The translations under genes and the position numbers were made by a program. A DNA stretch of 64,000 nt from Azolla caroliniana (lineage: Eukaryota > Plantae > Polypodiophyta), in the NCBI GenBank assembly GCA_043228905.1, contig JBHGNT010000002.1, positions 5,642,001-5,706,000 of the forward strand. The letters are read 5' to 3'. The notes under the pieces are model-generated. The model worked only from the letters and a program-made list of their open reading frames with translations. It made no database searches and was not told the origin of the DNA. Shown one piece after another: positions 38,871 to 51,700 of this stretch. Within the stretch, counting starts at the first letter, position 1. Every line of letters begins with the position of its first letter.

Positions 38871-39913
38871 TGTCGTGGCGTGGCTCGCCTAGAAGCGTAG
38901 CGTTGTGTTGACAGAAGATATCGTGAAAGTGAGGAAGGAATCATCAGGATTATGGACGGAAGAGACGAAAGAGTAGAGGTAGAGTAAATAAAGATCAACA
39001 AGATATGACAAGATGGGATATAGAATGATATTTGAAGGAATGAAAGAAACTTATAATTATTTGATGAATGAGTTACAAAAAGATTGCGAGCATCGTTGAT
39101 CCTTCGAGCTTTGTCTCACAAGGTAATCACTCTTCTCTTTCTTGATGGTAGACCATAGTCTTCCCTTCAATCTCTCGACAAGTAGAAGACTCGAACCGCC
39201 GCCCTTCCGTTGTGAGTTGAGGACCACCACCATCAAGCTAGTTCTTCTTTTCTTCTTTCTCTATTGTGATATCACTTACAACATAACTCTATTTGATATA
39301 GTTCTTTTGATATTGATCGATTCCCGAATATCCCTTGTGATCATACTCCCTTCTCCTTTTATAGGGAAGAGATGGTTCTACATGTGGGCCATGTGGCGCA
39401 CATGTAGAGAGGCTCTTGCATGTTTACTAAATGGTGCACATGCAGAGAGGCTCTTGCATGTGTGCTATATGGTGCACATGTGGTACATTTCATGGTTTAA
39501 ACCATACAATACTAAAACACATATATTTTATATACATCACAAGTATAGGCTAAATGGTAAGGGTTGAATGCCTGTAAGGTTGGGGTTGTTGGTTCAAGTC
39601 CCCTTTTGCCCATGTAATGGTGTATTACATGGTTTAGAATATAAAATACTACTTCAAATAAAACAACGCAAATAATCTCTTGTAAATTGTTAGTATAGGC
39701 TAAATGTTAAGGTTAGAGTGTCATAAGGTGGGGGATTATTGGCTCAAATCCTCTCTTGCCCATGTAATATAATAGATATATATTTCTTTGTCTTTACATA
39801 TAATGTATAATATTATCATAGTATGTTATTAACATTATAAAGGTTTATTTTATTTTCATCACGTATTTATCTTATTCTAGACTTTTAATGTGAAGCTTTC
39901 GTACTTCACGACA
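38871..39913 (-). mobile_element. Gypsy-type LTR I-a (recombinant solo LTR at the left inversion breakpoint)
   Basis: TGTCGTG...CACGACA termini; left flank GCGT; 39537-39913 is ~98% identical (by eye) to the reverse complement of 55543-55918. Confidence 0.85.
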
Positions 39914-41227
39914 ACATTTGAGGAAGTGGGCCCACTGAGCTTGACGTCGATTTAACACACGAGCGTCCTGAAAGTAGGCAAGGTTTTTGTGGTCACTGAA
40001 TACAGTGACTTGATGAGAGGATCCCTCTAGAAAATGCCTCCATTGCGTAAAAGAGTCCACTATTGCCAATATCTCCTTATCATAAATTTCATAGTTGATT
40101 TCAGCGGCGTCAAACCTGCGTGAGTGCACTTCGTCGTACAATCTTGCGTTAGAGTTGACAATCTTCATGTTAGAGCCCTCCTTCTTGTTGATATCAAATC
40201 CTCAATAACACCCTTCAAATTCGCTTGATCTGCTTGGTCCTTGCCATTCATGGTAGTGTCTTTTCTTGCGATCTTGTCTTCATCAACCTCGACTTCTTTT
40301 CGGATCTCTGGTTGAGTCGGATTAGCTTCTTTCCGATTTGATCTCGTCCAATTGTCTTTCGGTTGGATCGACTTCCATTCTGATTCGTATTTGACCGAAT
40401 AAGACTCGGTTGATCGGTTTTGACCGAGTCGGTTCCCTTTCGGGTCGGGTTCGATTGATCGGTTTCAGTTTGGTTTAGCTTTCTTTTCCTCGTGTTCACC
40501 GACCTCAACTGGTTTGACCTTCGGCATTTCTTTCCGTTGTCCGCCGCGTAGGTCCTCCGATTGGGCTCCCAGTCACTCCGATCGCATGTTGGATTCTGCC
40601 CCTTGCTTGCCACCTTCGGTCCTCCTTTGGCTCGATTGTCCCATTGTCCTGAGCATCTCGACATGCTGTCTCTCTCTGCTCCACGCTTGCCTTCCGTAGG
40701 CTTTACCCACGCGTCGATGTCGACCTCCGAATATGCACTCGCTCTTAGGTCCTCGTGCGCCTATAATGCACAGTTCATTTCTCGCCGTAGTGCATGTGTC
40801 GTATTACGCCGTAGTGCATGCTTCGTATTCTATCGTAGTGCGTGCTCCGTATTATGCGCTTCTCCCGTCGTAGACCCGACCTCCGCGTTGTCGTGTTTTC
40901 ATTTAGATCGAAATTTTGGACTGATCATCTTCCATCCGAACTGTCTTTCGACTTTACCTTCCTCGTCATCATCTCCCGTCTCTCCATAATCTCTTGTAAA
41001 TTGTTAGTATAGGCTAAATGTTAAGGTTAGAGTGTCATAAGGTGGGGGATTATTGGCTCAAATCCTCTCTTGCCCATGTAATATAATAGATATATATTTC
41101 TTTGTCTTTACATATAATGTATAATATTATCATAGTATGTTATTAACATTATAAAGGTTTATTTTATTTTCATCACGTATTTATCTTATTCTAGACTTTT
41201 AATGTGAAGCTTTCGTACTTCACGACA
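39914..41227 (-). mobile_element. Rearranged remnant I-b: duplicated H RNase H piece + Gag-only-element internal fragment + truncated LTR
   Basis: 39914-40126 copies 41228-41440; 40127-40985 resembles the B/G 3' region ([13 protein letters not shown]); 40986-41227 is an LTR I fragment. Confidence 0.8.
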
Positions 41228-44200
41228 ACATGTGAGGAAGTGGGCCCACCGAGCTTGACGTCGATTTAACACACGAGCGTCCTGAAAGTAGGCAAGGTTT
41301 TTGTGGTCACTGAATACGGTGACTTGATGAGAGGATCCCTCTAGAAAATGCCTCCATTGCGTAAAAGAGTCCACTATTGCCAATATCTCCTTATCATAAA
41401 TTTCATAGTTGATTTCGGCGGCGTCAAACCTGCGTGAGTGAAAAGCCACAGGATGTAGCCTCTCATCATTACCTTGTTATGATAGATTGCTCCCCAATGT
41501 GAAATCCGATGCATCTGCTTCGATAATGAATCATTTTTCCAGATCGACATGCGCTAGAATTGGAGCCGATGTAAATGCCTTTTTAAGACTCTCAATAGCC
41601 ATGTCTGTTTCTTCAGACCAAACAAATGATTGTCCCTTCTTGGTAAGTTGTGTGAGAGGCAAAACGAGCTTTGAGTAATCCTGTATGAACTTCCAGTAAA
41701 AATTGGCAAAGCTTAAGAAGAATTGCACATCTCGCACCGAACGTGCAGTCTGCCACTCTACCATAGTTTTGACCTCAGTTGGGTCCATGGAGATGCCTTC
41801 CGAGGAAATGACATAGCCCAGAAATTCCACTTGGTTGCACCCAAAACTACATTTTTCCAGCTTTGCATAAAGACCATGTTCTCGAAGTCATTTTAGTACT
41901 AATAGTATATGAGAATCATGCTCTTCTTGGGTCTTCGAATAAACCAGTAGATCATCCAAATAGATGATCAAACAAACATCCAAGAGATCTCAGAATATAT
42001 CATTTGCCATGTGCTGGAAGACTAATGCCGCATTAGTGAGGCCGAACGGCATGACCGTATACTCGAAGTGCCCATATCTGGTGCAAAACGCGGTCTTCCA
42101 TTCATCTCCTAGTCGGATCCATATGAGGTTATAGGCTCCTCGTAAGTCAATCTTCGTGAAGAACCTTGCACCATTGATCCGTTCTGAAAGGCTTGAGATA
42201 AGGGGAAGTGCATACCTATTTCTGATTGTAACCTTATTCAAGCGACGGTAATCTACAACGAGATGAAGTGATTCATCCTTTTTCTTGACGAATAAAATGG
42301 GTGCGCTTGCTGGAGATTTCGAATGCCGAATGAAACCATTTTCCAAATTCTCCTCTATATAGGCTCGCAGGACTTCTAGCTCGGTTGGTGACAAATTGTA
42401 GATCATTCCCCATGGTGGCTCTTTCCCCGGTTGTAAATCGATGGGGCAATCATACGGTCGATGGTGAGGAAGCATATTGGCTTGTACTTTATCGAACACA
42501 TCGGCATAATGATGACACTTCTTTGGAAGTTGAACGGTGGACTCCTCTTTAATGGTGTCTGAGGGCTTTATTGATATTGCGAAGAGAAACATTTCTTCCT
42601 TGTGTCCTTCTTCTCGCAACTGATGTAGCGAAATGGTTGCAATCTCCTGAGTAGACCCTCAGGCTTTTTGATACTGGATTTCTCTTGTTCTCCAATCTAT
42701 ATCTGGGTTATGTAATTCGAACCATGGTAATCCTAAAATAATGGGGTGTTCTAGGATGCTAATTATATTAAATGATACTACACATGCTAGATTATCTAGG
42801 ACAATATTAACGGGCTCCGACTCTTCTATGATATTTCCGGAAGCAATGGGACGACCATCAATGACTACTATAGAGGCTGGACACAGGAGTTTTTTGAGTG
42901 ATATCTGATGAGCTTGGGAAAAGTTTCTATCCATGAAGCAAGAATTAGCTCCGGAATATAGAAGTGCTAAGACATGTACTTGAGGGGTACTTTTAGTACT
43001 AACTGTTACTTGGCCTACGAACACATTGCTAACTTGCTTAGAGGGAATGAAACCACTAAAGGGCTGCACAGATCTAGGGCTGTCCAACTAAACAACTCCT
43101 ATTTTGGCTGGACTTAGTCGTTTAACTCTTCTTCTAACTGACTAAGGACATCAAATTTGTTCGCTAGATTTGGGCTATTAGTACTATTAGGACTATCAGA
43201 TATCCCTACTGAAATAGAATCGGGTTTAGTACAATCAAAACTAGCAACTATTTGGTTTACCTGCCTTCTTGGCCTATGGGGACAGTTTACCGTGATATGC
43301 CCCGGTCCACCGCAATAAAGACATAGTCGGTTTGCTCAGCGTCATTTCTTTTCTTCTTCCAATAACGGTCCACAACGATGTGTGGTGTCAATTTCCATTG
43401 GAGTTAGAGTACTAACTGGAGGGTCATTATATGAATCCCTCGGAAAAGGTTTCACTACCGTTGAGGCGTAGGTAGGCTCAGATCTTGCCCTTGGCCTCTT
43501 GAATTGACGTTCCGAACGTCGTTCGAAGAGGCGATTGTCGCATCTCATTGCGCAACTGATTGCTTCTGTTAATGACTTTGGTTCTTCGGGAAAGGTCAAG
43601 AGTAAATCTTTGACATCGTTACGTAGACCATAACGAAATTGCTCCATTAATGCTTGATCATCCTAGGGGATATCAAAGGCGAGTAGACGAAAATCTGCAG
43701 CGTATGCGGAGGCTGGACGATCACCTTGACGTAGTCGTCGGATTTTGTTGATTGTTGTCCTTATGCTACCAGTATCTCCAAAACAAGCTTTAAACTCACT
43801 TATAAACTCTTCAAAATTGTTTAGTAATGGAGATTCTTTTTCTAACAGCGGAGCGAACCATGCCAACGTTGAGCCACTTAATAACGTGCCTACTAAACCC
43901 ACTTGTGATGCATCGGTGGGATATTGGGAAGGATGCATTTGAATAACTAGTTGTACCTGATTAAGGAACCGTCTAAACTATGATCGTGTTCCATCGAATT
44001 TCATGGGAAGGCCGATCTTGGGTTCTTTATGATTCCCTTGTGTTCCGGGTCCTTGTTGTTGCATCGCTACGATGGTTGCTTCGAGTTGTTGCACGCGTAA
44101 CGCAAGTTCCCCATGTTGTTGTTGCATTTGCTACTTTTCAAAGGAGATTTGTTGAAGATCCCCCAACAACCGATGATTTTCTTGTTCCAAAGCAAGGAAC

Positions 44201-47200
44201 TTCTCTTTCAAGCATTGCAACTTCGAGAAAACAGATTGATATTCTTGAGCGCTGTCATAGTGTATTTCGTACACTACCTGAAAAGGATAACCGGAAGGAA
44301 TTGGATGAAAGAGGAATCGGCAAGGAGGAACCAGTAAGGAGGACCCGGTAAGGATAACCGGAAGGAATCGGATGAAGGAGGAATCGGCAAGTAGGAATCG
44401 GTAAGGAGGACCCAGTGAGAACCGGATGAAGAAGGCTGGTGAGAGTTTCTCACCGGATGAAGAGATATATTTGTAAATAGAAGAAAGTATAAAAATATAT
44501 ATTACATGCATAGGGCAAGATTTGAACCTTGTACCTCCATGTTAATAATGCGAAACCTTACCATTACACTAGCATTTCATTAGCGTTAAAAAGTAGATGT
44601 CCCACATAGAAATTTAAGTTCACCTAGGATAAACTTTAGATAAAAGAAAAACGCATAAGAAAAAGAAAAAGTTATGCACGCACATCTAGCGTGCATGAAC
44701 GCTATAGTCGATAAAAAAAAAAAAACACAAGTTAGAAAAAGCATGATCACTTTAGATAAAGCATATAGTCTATCTATAGAAAAAGTATGGATTGTTAAGA
44801 CTCTCTCATCACTATATAAGGATGAGGAGCACAATGTAATAAGGGTTGATTATTTTTGGAGGATTGACCAATTAATAAAATATATTCGTGGGATTCACGA
44901 CATAATCTATACTTGTGGGATTCACAAGTTCTTTTTAATCTCTTTCTTTCAATCTAAATACATATTCTTATCTAAATATTGATTAATCGAGTACAATACA
45001 CTCGTGGGATTCACGAAATTTCTATATCTCTTTCTTATAATCTATTCATAACCAAACTCATCTCAAATTCTTCTTTCTCCTAGTCCAAAACCTTAGTGGT
45101 TCCCACCTGACTCACGCAACGATCTGGCGCCGAAAGGCACGACACAAGTGGTGAACCCGACGTGAAAGCGGGTGGCAAGGAGATGGAGAATCAACAAAAG
45201 GCGATGAGCATAATGATGATGATGATTGAGCAGATGCAACAAGAGCAACGTGCGATGTCGAAGATGAAGTCGGTAGTAGAACGACTTGTGCAACGAAACG
45301 AGCAATTCAACGGAAATGATGTGTCACGCTATCTACGTGAATACAAGGCGGAGATGATGCGATGTGGGATACTGGAAAGATTGCAAGTGATATCCTTTAG
45401 CCAGGTAGGCACGGATGGGTTACAAGAGAGAATCTACAAGATACAGCAACAAAACCCAACATGGGGGTCCTTTGAAGAAGCTTTATGAGAGGCATATGAC
45501 TATGAGAGATCGAAGGGACGAGTTTGGCGAGAGTTTGATGAATGGGTGGCATCAAAGAAGACCCACCAAAGTGCAACACAAGGATTCCTAGAGTTTGAGC
45601 ATTGTTTTGCTCGACTCTTGGAGCGGGAACAAGGATTGGTAGGGGAGGATAAAGTCTTAATGTTCGTAAGATTGATTGATCAGAAAGAAAGGATGGACAT
45701 CGGGATTGAACTCGAAGATGATGACGGTGCAAATGGCCTTACCGAGGATTGGGCTGAAGTCGAAAGAGTATGCCGAAGACATGATAAGAGGAAGATGAGA
45801 ATATTGTTGGCAACAACATGGCCTATGAGGGATGATCGATTAACGATAAACGATGTGGCTGATACGAAGGCCGAAGTACAAGTCGACAACACCACGGGAG
45901 AGGGTGTGGAACAAGGCACCCTCTCTTCTTGCAAAAGAACGACGACCAATGATAAGGTCGATGACTTGAGAGTGGCTAACACCACTTCAAGAACAGAAGA
46001 AGGTTTCGGAACACAAGTATCCGAAACATCGGCTGAAAAAGGGGTAAGCATAATCGATGCTTGCATTATCGAGGGAGATAAAGAGTGCGAGGCGGACTTG
46101 ATTGAGGAGGTTGCCGCAAAAGATTACATCGAATCGGAGGTGGCTATGGACGAATCAATGTCGGATGAGCATATCGAGACTTTCCCATCACTAATTGAAG
46201 AGACTCCGGTGGTAGCGTCTGAAAGGCAACGTGAGACCGAAGAGACGGAAGGTGGTGGAGAGAAAACAAAGGTCGAAGCCGATGCATACGACGGAGAGAT
46301 AGCCGAGAAGGTGGCTATGGGTGAAACGACGAAGGACGATAATACTGAGGATTCCTACCCACTAATTCTAGAGACTTCGGCGGTTGTGTCCGAGAACCAA
46401 CGTGAGACCGGAGAGACGGGAGGTGGGAGTAAAGAATGTAAAACCGGAAGTGGGTCCGGACGGAAGATGATCCAGCCGGAATTTCAGCCTAAAAGAAAGC
46501 TAAAGCAAGCGGAAGTGGATTCGGGAAAAATCTGAGAGTTCAACGCGGACGGAAATCATTCCAACCGGAAGCTGATCGAACGAGACCGATCCGGAAAGAA
46601 GTTTCGGAAGTCAAACCGGTCGAGACCGGTGAAAACAAAGAAAAGAAAGAAAATCCGGATAGAAACCAATCTGTTGAAACCGACCCGAAAGGGGGCCGAA
46701 TCGGTAAAAACCGATCAACCAATTCCAATTCGGTCAAATATGAATTGGAATGGAAGCCGATCTAACCGAAAGATGATCAGACGAGACCAATCTAGAAAGA
46801 AGCTAATCTGACTCAACCGGAGGTCGGAGAGATCGAGGATGATAAAGACAAGGAAGAGGCGAAGTAGGTGCACTACAAAGGATGACAAGGACCTAGCAGG
46901 CCAAGCAAATTTGAAGGGTGTTACCAAGGATGAGATATTGACAAAGGAGGGCTTTAACATGAAGATTGTCAACTCTAACGCGAGATTATACGACAAAGGT
47001 GGACGAAGTGGAAAGCATGTCACCTGCACAAGAAGAGCACAAGGAGCCATGACAACTGATCATGGCAATTCAAAGAATGAAAGAAGAATATGGTGGATCA
47101 GATGGCAACAATGGTTCGGGTGGAAAGATTGGATGTGCTCAAAATGGAGAGCCAAAGTCGACATAGCAAGACAAATGGAGGGGATTGCGAGTAAAGGAGA

Positions 47201-48757
47201 AATACGAGAGCCGACAATCGGTAACCGGGCGGAGCAAGCAACTGAAAACCGAAAACTGGATAGAGTTGGCAACCGAACAAAACCGGAAACCGGGAGGAGC
47301 CGGCAACCAAGCACGACCGGAGACAAAACCAACCGGGCGGAGACTGGACGGACAAGACTAACAATCACCGACAACTTCGGCACATACCGGAGGATGTGCG
47401 GGTTTGGAGGGGGCGAGTGTTGTAGTGTATTTCGTACACTACGTGAAAAGGATAACCGGAAGGAATCAGATGAAAGAGGAATCAGCAAGGAGGAACCAGT
47501 AAGGAGGACCCGGTAAGGATAACTGGAAGGAATCAGATGAAGGAGGAATCGGCAAGGAGGAACCGGTAAGGAGGACCCGGTGAGAACCGGATAAAGAAGG
47601 CCGGTGAGAGTTTCTCACCGGATGAAGAGACATATTTGTAAATAGAAGAAAGTATAAAAATATATATTACATGCATAGGGCAAGATTTGAACCTTGTACC
47701 TCCATGTTAATAATGCGAAACCTTACCATTACACTAGCATTTCATTAGTGTTAAAAGTAAATGTCCCGCATAGAAATTTAAGTTCACCTAGGATAAACTT
47801 TAGTTAAAAGAAAAACGCATAAGAAAAAGAAAAAGTTACGCATGCACATCTAGCGTGCATGAACGCTATAGTCGATAAAAAAAAAACACGCACAAGTTAG
47901 AAAAAGCATGATCACTTTAGATAAAGCATATAGTCTATTTATAGAAAAAGTATGGATTGTTAAGACTCTCTCATCACTATATAAGGGTGAGGAGCACAAT
48001 GTAATAAGGGTTGATTATTTTTGAAGGATTGACCAATTAATAAAATATATTCGTGGGATTTACGACATAATCTATACTTGTGGGATTCACAAGTTCTTTT
48101 TAATCTCTTTCTTTCAATCTAAATACATATTCTTATCTAAATATTGATTAATCAAATACAATACACTCGTGGGATTCACGAAATTTCTATATCTCTTTCT
48201 TATAATCTAGTCATAACCAAACTCGTCTCAAATTCTTCTTTCTCCTAGTCCAAAACCTTAGTGGTTCCCACCCGACTCACGCAACGATCTGGCGCCGAAA
48301 GGCACGACATCGCTAATAGTGGCCATGGGATGAGAGGAAAGAGGAATAAGAGATTAGTATGAAGGGAGGGAGACAAAAGAGGAGCAAAATCGGTTCAAAT
48401 TGTCAGGATCAGTACTAAGATAGAGAAGGAATTAGTACTAAAAGATGAGGATTAGTACTAAGAGAGATGTAGAACTCTCGAGAGAAGGAAAGAGTGAGCG
48501 AGGGAGAGAGATAGAGAGAGAGAATGGGTGAGAGAGAATGATGATATGATATATATTATGTGAAGAGAGTATACAATAGTAGCTAGGAGGCTTAAGACTA
48601 GCATTGAACCGATTTGGTTCGAAATAATGCCTTGTGCCTCCTTTTATAGTGTTTTTAGGAGTACGCCTGAAGTTTCTAGAATGTTATAGAGAAATCTGGA
48701 ATATATATCAATTTTCTATAATAAAACATAAATGAAAATAATATTCTATGTATTACA
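41228..48757 (-). mobile_element. Tcn1/Tf1-like chromovirus Gypsy H (5' LTR, gag, PR, RT, RH; integrase and 3' LTR missing)
   Basis: Gag starts MATISAQEY at 48326 (split by G); RT LPHHRPYDCPIDL...KIDLRGAY...MPFGLTNA; [17 protein letters not shown]; putative LTR 48401-48757. Confidence 0.85.
44253..48309 (+). mobile_element. Non-autonomous Gag-only Gypsy element G (TR-GAG-like)
   Basis: LTRs 44253-45144 and 47418-48309; TSD GCGC/TCGC (removal restores the H gag frame); PBS TGGTGAACCCGACGTGAA at 45149; Gag plus acidic tail 45183-46535; PPT 47401-47417; no pol. Confidence 0.92.
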
Positions 48758-48769
48758 ATGTATGGTCTA

Positions 48770-51700
48770 ATGGTCATGAAGTGGCATCTCAAAAGACTGT
48801 GTCACATGAGTGAGAAGGAAATGAAGAGGCTTGCCGAAGACAACCTCATTCTGGTGAAGGATGTGCAACTTTAGAAGAGCACTAATTGCTTGGCTAGCAA
48901 GCAAAACCAAACCTACTTCCAGTCAAGACCATCGATGAGACGGAATGCACCAACTCCAGTGGTGCATACCGATGTGTGTCAAGTGGACACGAAGTCACAT
49001 GTCGGATCACAGTACTTCGTGACGTTCATAGATGACCACAACCGGTGGGTCTCACCATTGAAGATGAAGGTTCAGGTGTTATCCGTCTTCAAGGAGCTCC
49101 ACGCGAGAGTGGAAAGAGAAATCGGTCGGAAGCTGAAGGCGGTTCGAACAGATAACGGAGGAGAATACTGGGGGCAGTTCGAGGAGTACTGCCGGTCGAA
49201 GGGAATTGGGCTCAAGTTTACTGTGCCAAAGGCGCCAGAACTAAATGAGCTGGCTGAAAGGATGAACCAGACCATAATGGAGAGAGTCTGGAGCATGCTT
49301 GCACATGCCAAGTTACCCACGACGTTTTGGGCTGAGGCGCTGACGATGGCGACCTACGTGATAAACAGATCACCCTCAATACCCTTGGGAGGAGACTCAC
49401 CTTAGAAAGTAAGGACGTGTCTTACTGGCATCTGAAGGTGTTTAGGTGTCTCGCATATGTGCATGTCGCAAAGGACAAGAGAGAAAAGCTGGATCCGAAG
49501 TCCTGACCATGCATATTCCTTGGATATGGCGACGATGAGTTCGGTTACCGGGTGTGGGATCTAGTTGACAAGAAGGTGTTCCGGAGTTGGGACACGGTCT
49601 TCATGGAAGACAAGACCATTGCCGACTGGGAGTCGGAGAAGAAGATGATGAACTCCTGATCATCCAATGAAAACCGGCTTGAGGACACAAGGATATACCC
49701 AGTTGAAAACCGGATGTTAGTCGGTAACCGGATAACACTCGATGAACCGGTCAGATATGGACAAGAAACTGAACCGACCGAAGAAGAAGAAGACACCGGA
49801 ACCAGACCAGATCCTGAAACAGATCCGAATGAGGAACAAATAGAGGAATCGGTAGTCAGAAACCATGGACGGAGATATCCTCTTCGAGAGAGAAGAGCCC
49901 CCCGGAGATTTCCGGATGTAGAGCATGTGTTGCTAACCGATGAGGAGAAGCCGGAAAGCTTCGAAGAACCAAGTAGAGACACCCACAGCCACAAGTGGCT
50001 GAGTGCCATGCAGGATGAGATGGATTCCTTGCATGAGAACCACACATATGAACTGACGGAGTTGCCAAAAAGGAAGAGAGCACTCCGGAACAAGTGGGTG
50101 TACAAGTTGAAATTGGGAGATGCTGGAAATCCACCCAGGTATAAGGCCCGAATGGTGGTGAAGGGCTTCCAGCAAAAGAAAGGAGTGGATTTCGATGAGA
50201 TATTTGCCCTAGTAGTAAAGATGACATCCATCCAGACGGTATTGGGCATAGCGGCAAGCATGGACCTCGAGGTAGAGCAATTGGACGTGAATACGACATT
50301 CCTCCATGGTGACCTCGAAGAGGAGATCTACATGCATCAACTGGAAGGATTTGAGAAGGAAGGGAAGGAGCACCTGGTGTGCCGGTTGAAGAAGAGCCTA
50401 TACGGACTAAAGCAAGCTCCCTAACAATGGTACCGGAAGTTCGACTCCTTCATGATCGACCAAGGGTACTAGAAGACGTAGGCTGATCACTGTGTGTCTG
50501 TGAAGAAATTTGATAGAGAAGATTTCCTGATACTCCTCCTATATGTGGATGATATGTTGATCGTCGGACGAGACCAAGGCAAGATTTGGATGTTGAAAAA
50601 GGCTCAAAACCGGACCTTCTCAATGAAAGACTTGGGTCCGGCAAGACAGATATTGGGAATGCACATCATCCAGGACCGATCGAGGAAGCTATTGTGGTTG
50701 TCACAAGAGAAGTACATGACAAATGTGCTTCAAAGGTTCAACATGTCGGAGGCGAAACCGGTCGGATCGACACTTCCGGCAAACTGCAAGCTCTCGGGGA
50801 AACAAAGCCCGAGGAAAAAGGCAGAGAAGATGTATATGATGAAGATACCATATGCTTCTGCCGTCGAGAGCTTGATGTATGCGATGGTATGTACTTGGCC
50901 AGATATCGGATATGTAGTCGGAGTGGTGAGCTGGTTCATTAGCAATCCCGGAAGAGAGCATTGTAATGCGGTCAAGTGGATACTCTAGTATTTGAAAGGC
51001 ACTTCGAGTACATGTCTTTGGTTTGGCTCCGATAATCCCCAACTTGATGGATTCACGGATTCGGATATGTCGGCCGATGCGGATACCAGCTGGTCTACAT
51101 CCGGATATGTCATGACCTATGCAGGGGGAGTTGTTTCCTGTAGTCGGGTCTGTAGAAGACGGTTGCGTTGTCAACCACGGAGGCGGAATACATGGCAGTT
51201 GTAGAAGCCGGCAAGGAGATAATCTGGATACAGGACTTCATCGGAGAGCAAGGAGTCCAATAGGAGCAATATTGGCTCTACTGCGACAGTCAAAGTGCCA
51301 TCCACCTTGCAAAGAATACGGCCTACCATTCCCGGACGAAACATATCCAATGGAGGTACCACTGGATCCGGGAGAGAGTAGAAGATCAAGAGTTCGTGCT
51401 AATGAAGATCCACACGGAGGAGAATGGGTCGAATATGCTGACCAAGGTGCTGACAACCGGCAAGTTGGACGCGTGCCGAAAGCGGATCGGGCTGACAAGA
51501 CATCCCATGCCAGAGTGAAGGGGGAGATTGTTGGGAAATCGTTCTCTCCGGATGGGATCTGGTGATGAATAAAGAGGACCCGGTGAGAACCGGAAGAGAT
51601 CTGGAAACCGGAGGAGACCCGGTTAGAACTGGAAGAGAGCCGGTGAGATCCGGAAGAGAAGACAAATTTGTAAATATGTTTTGAGTAAGCCTATTGAGGC

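Noticed and set aside
38867-39917. GCGT/ACAT as a decayed TSD of a simple solo LTR in H
   Set aside because: Needs two mutations and the left flank is not H; a perfect TSD and open frame are obtained with 55539-55542 instead
48547-48710. Alternative self-priming pair TGATATATATT/AATATATATCA for H
   Set aside because: Low-complexity AT match lying upstream of the TATA box; the 48387/48604 pair fits better
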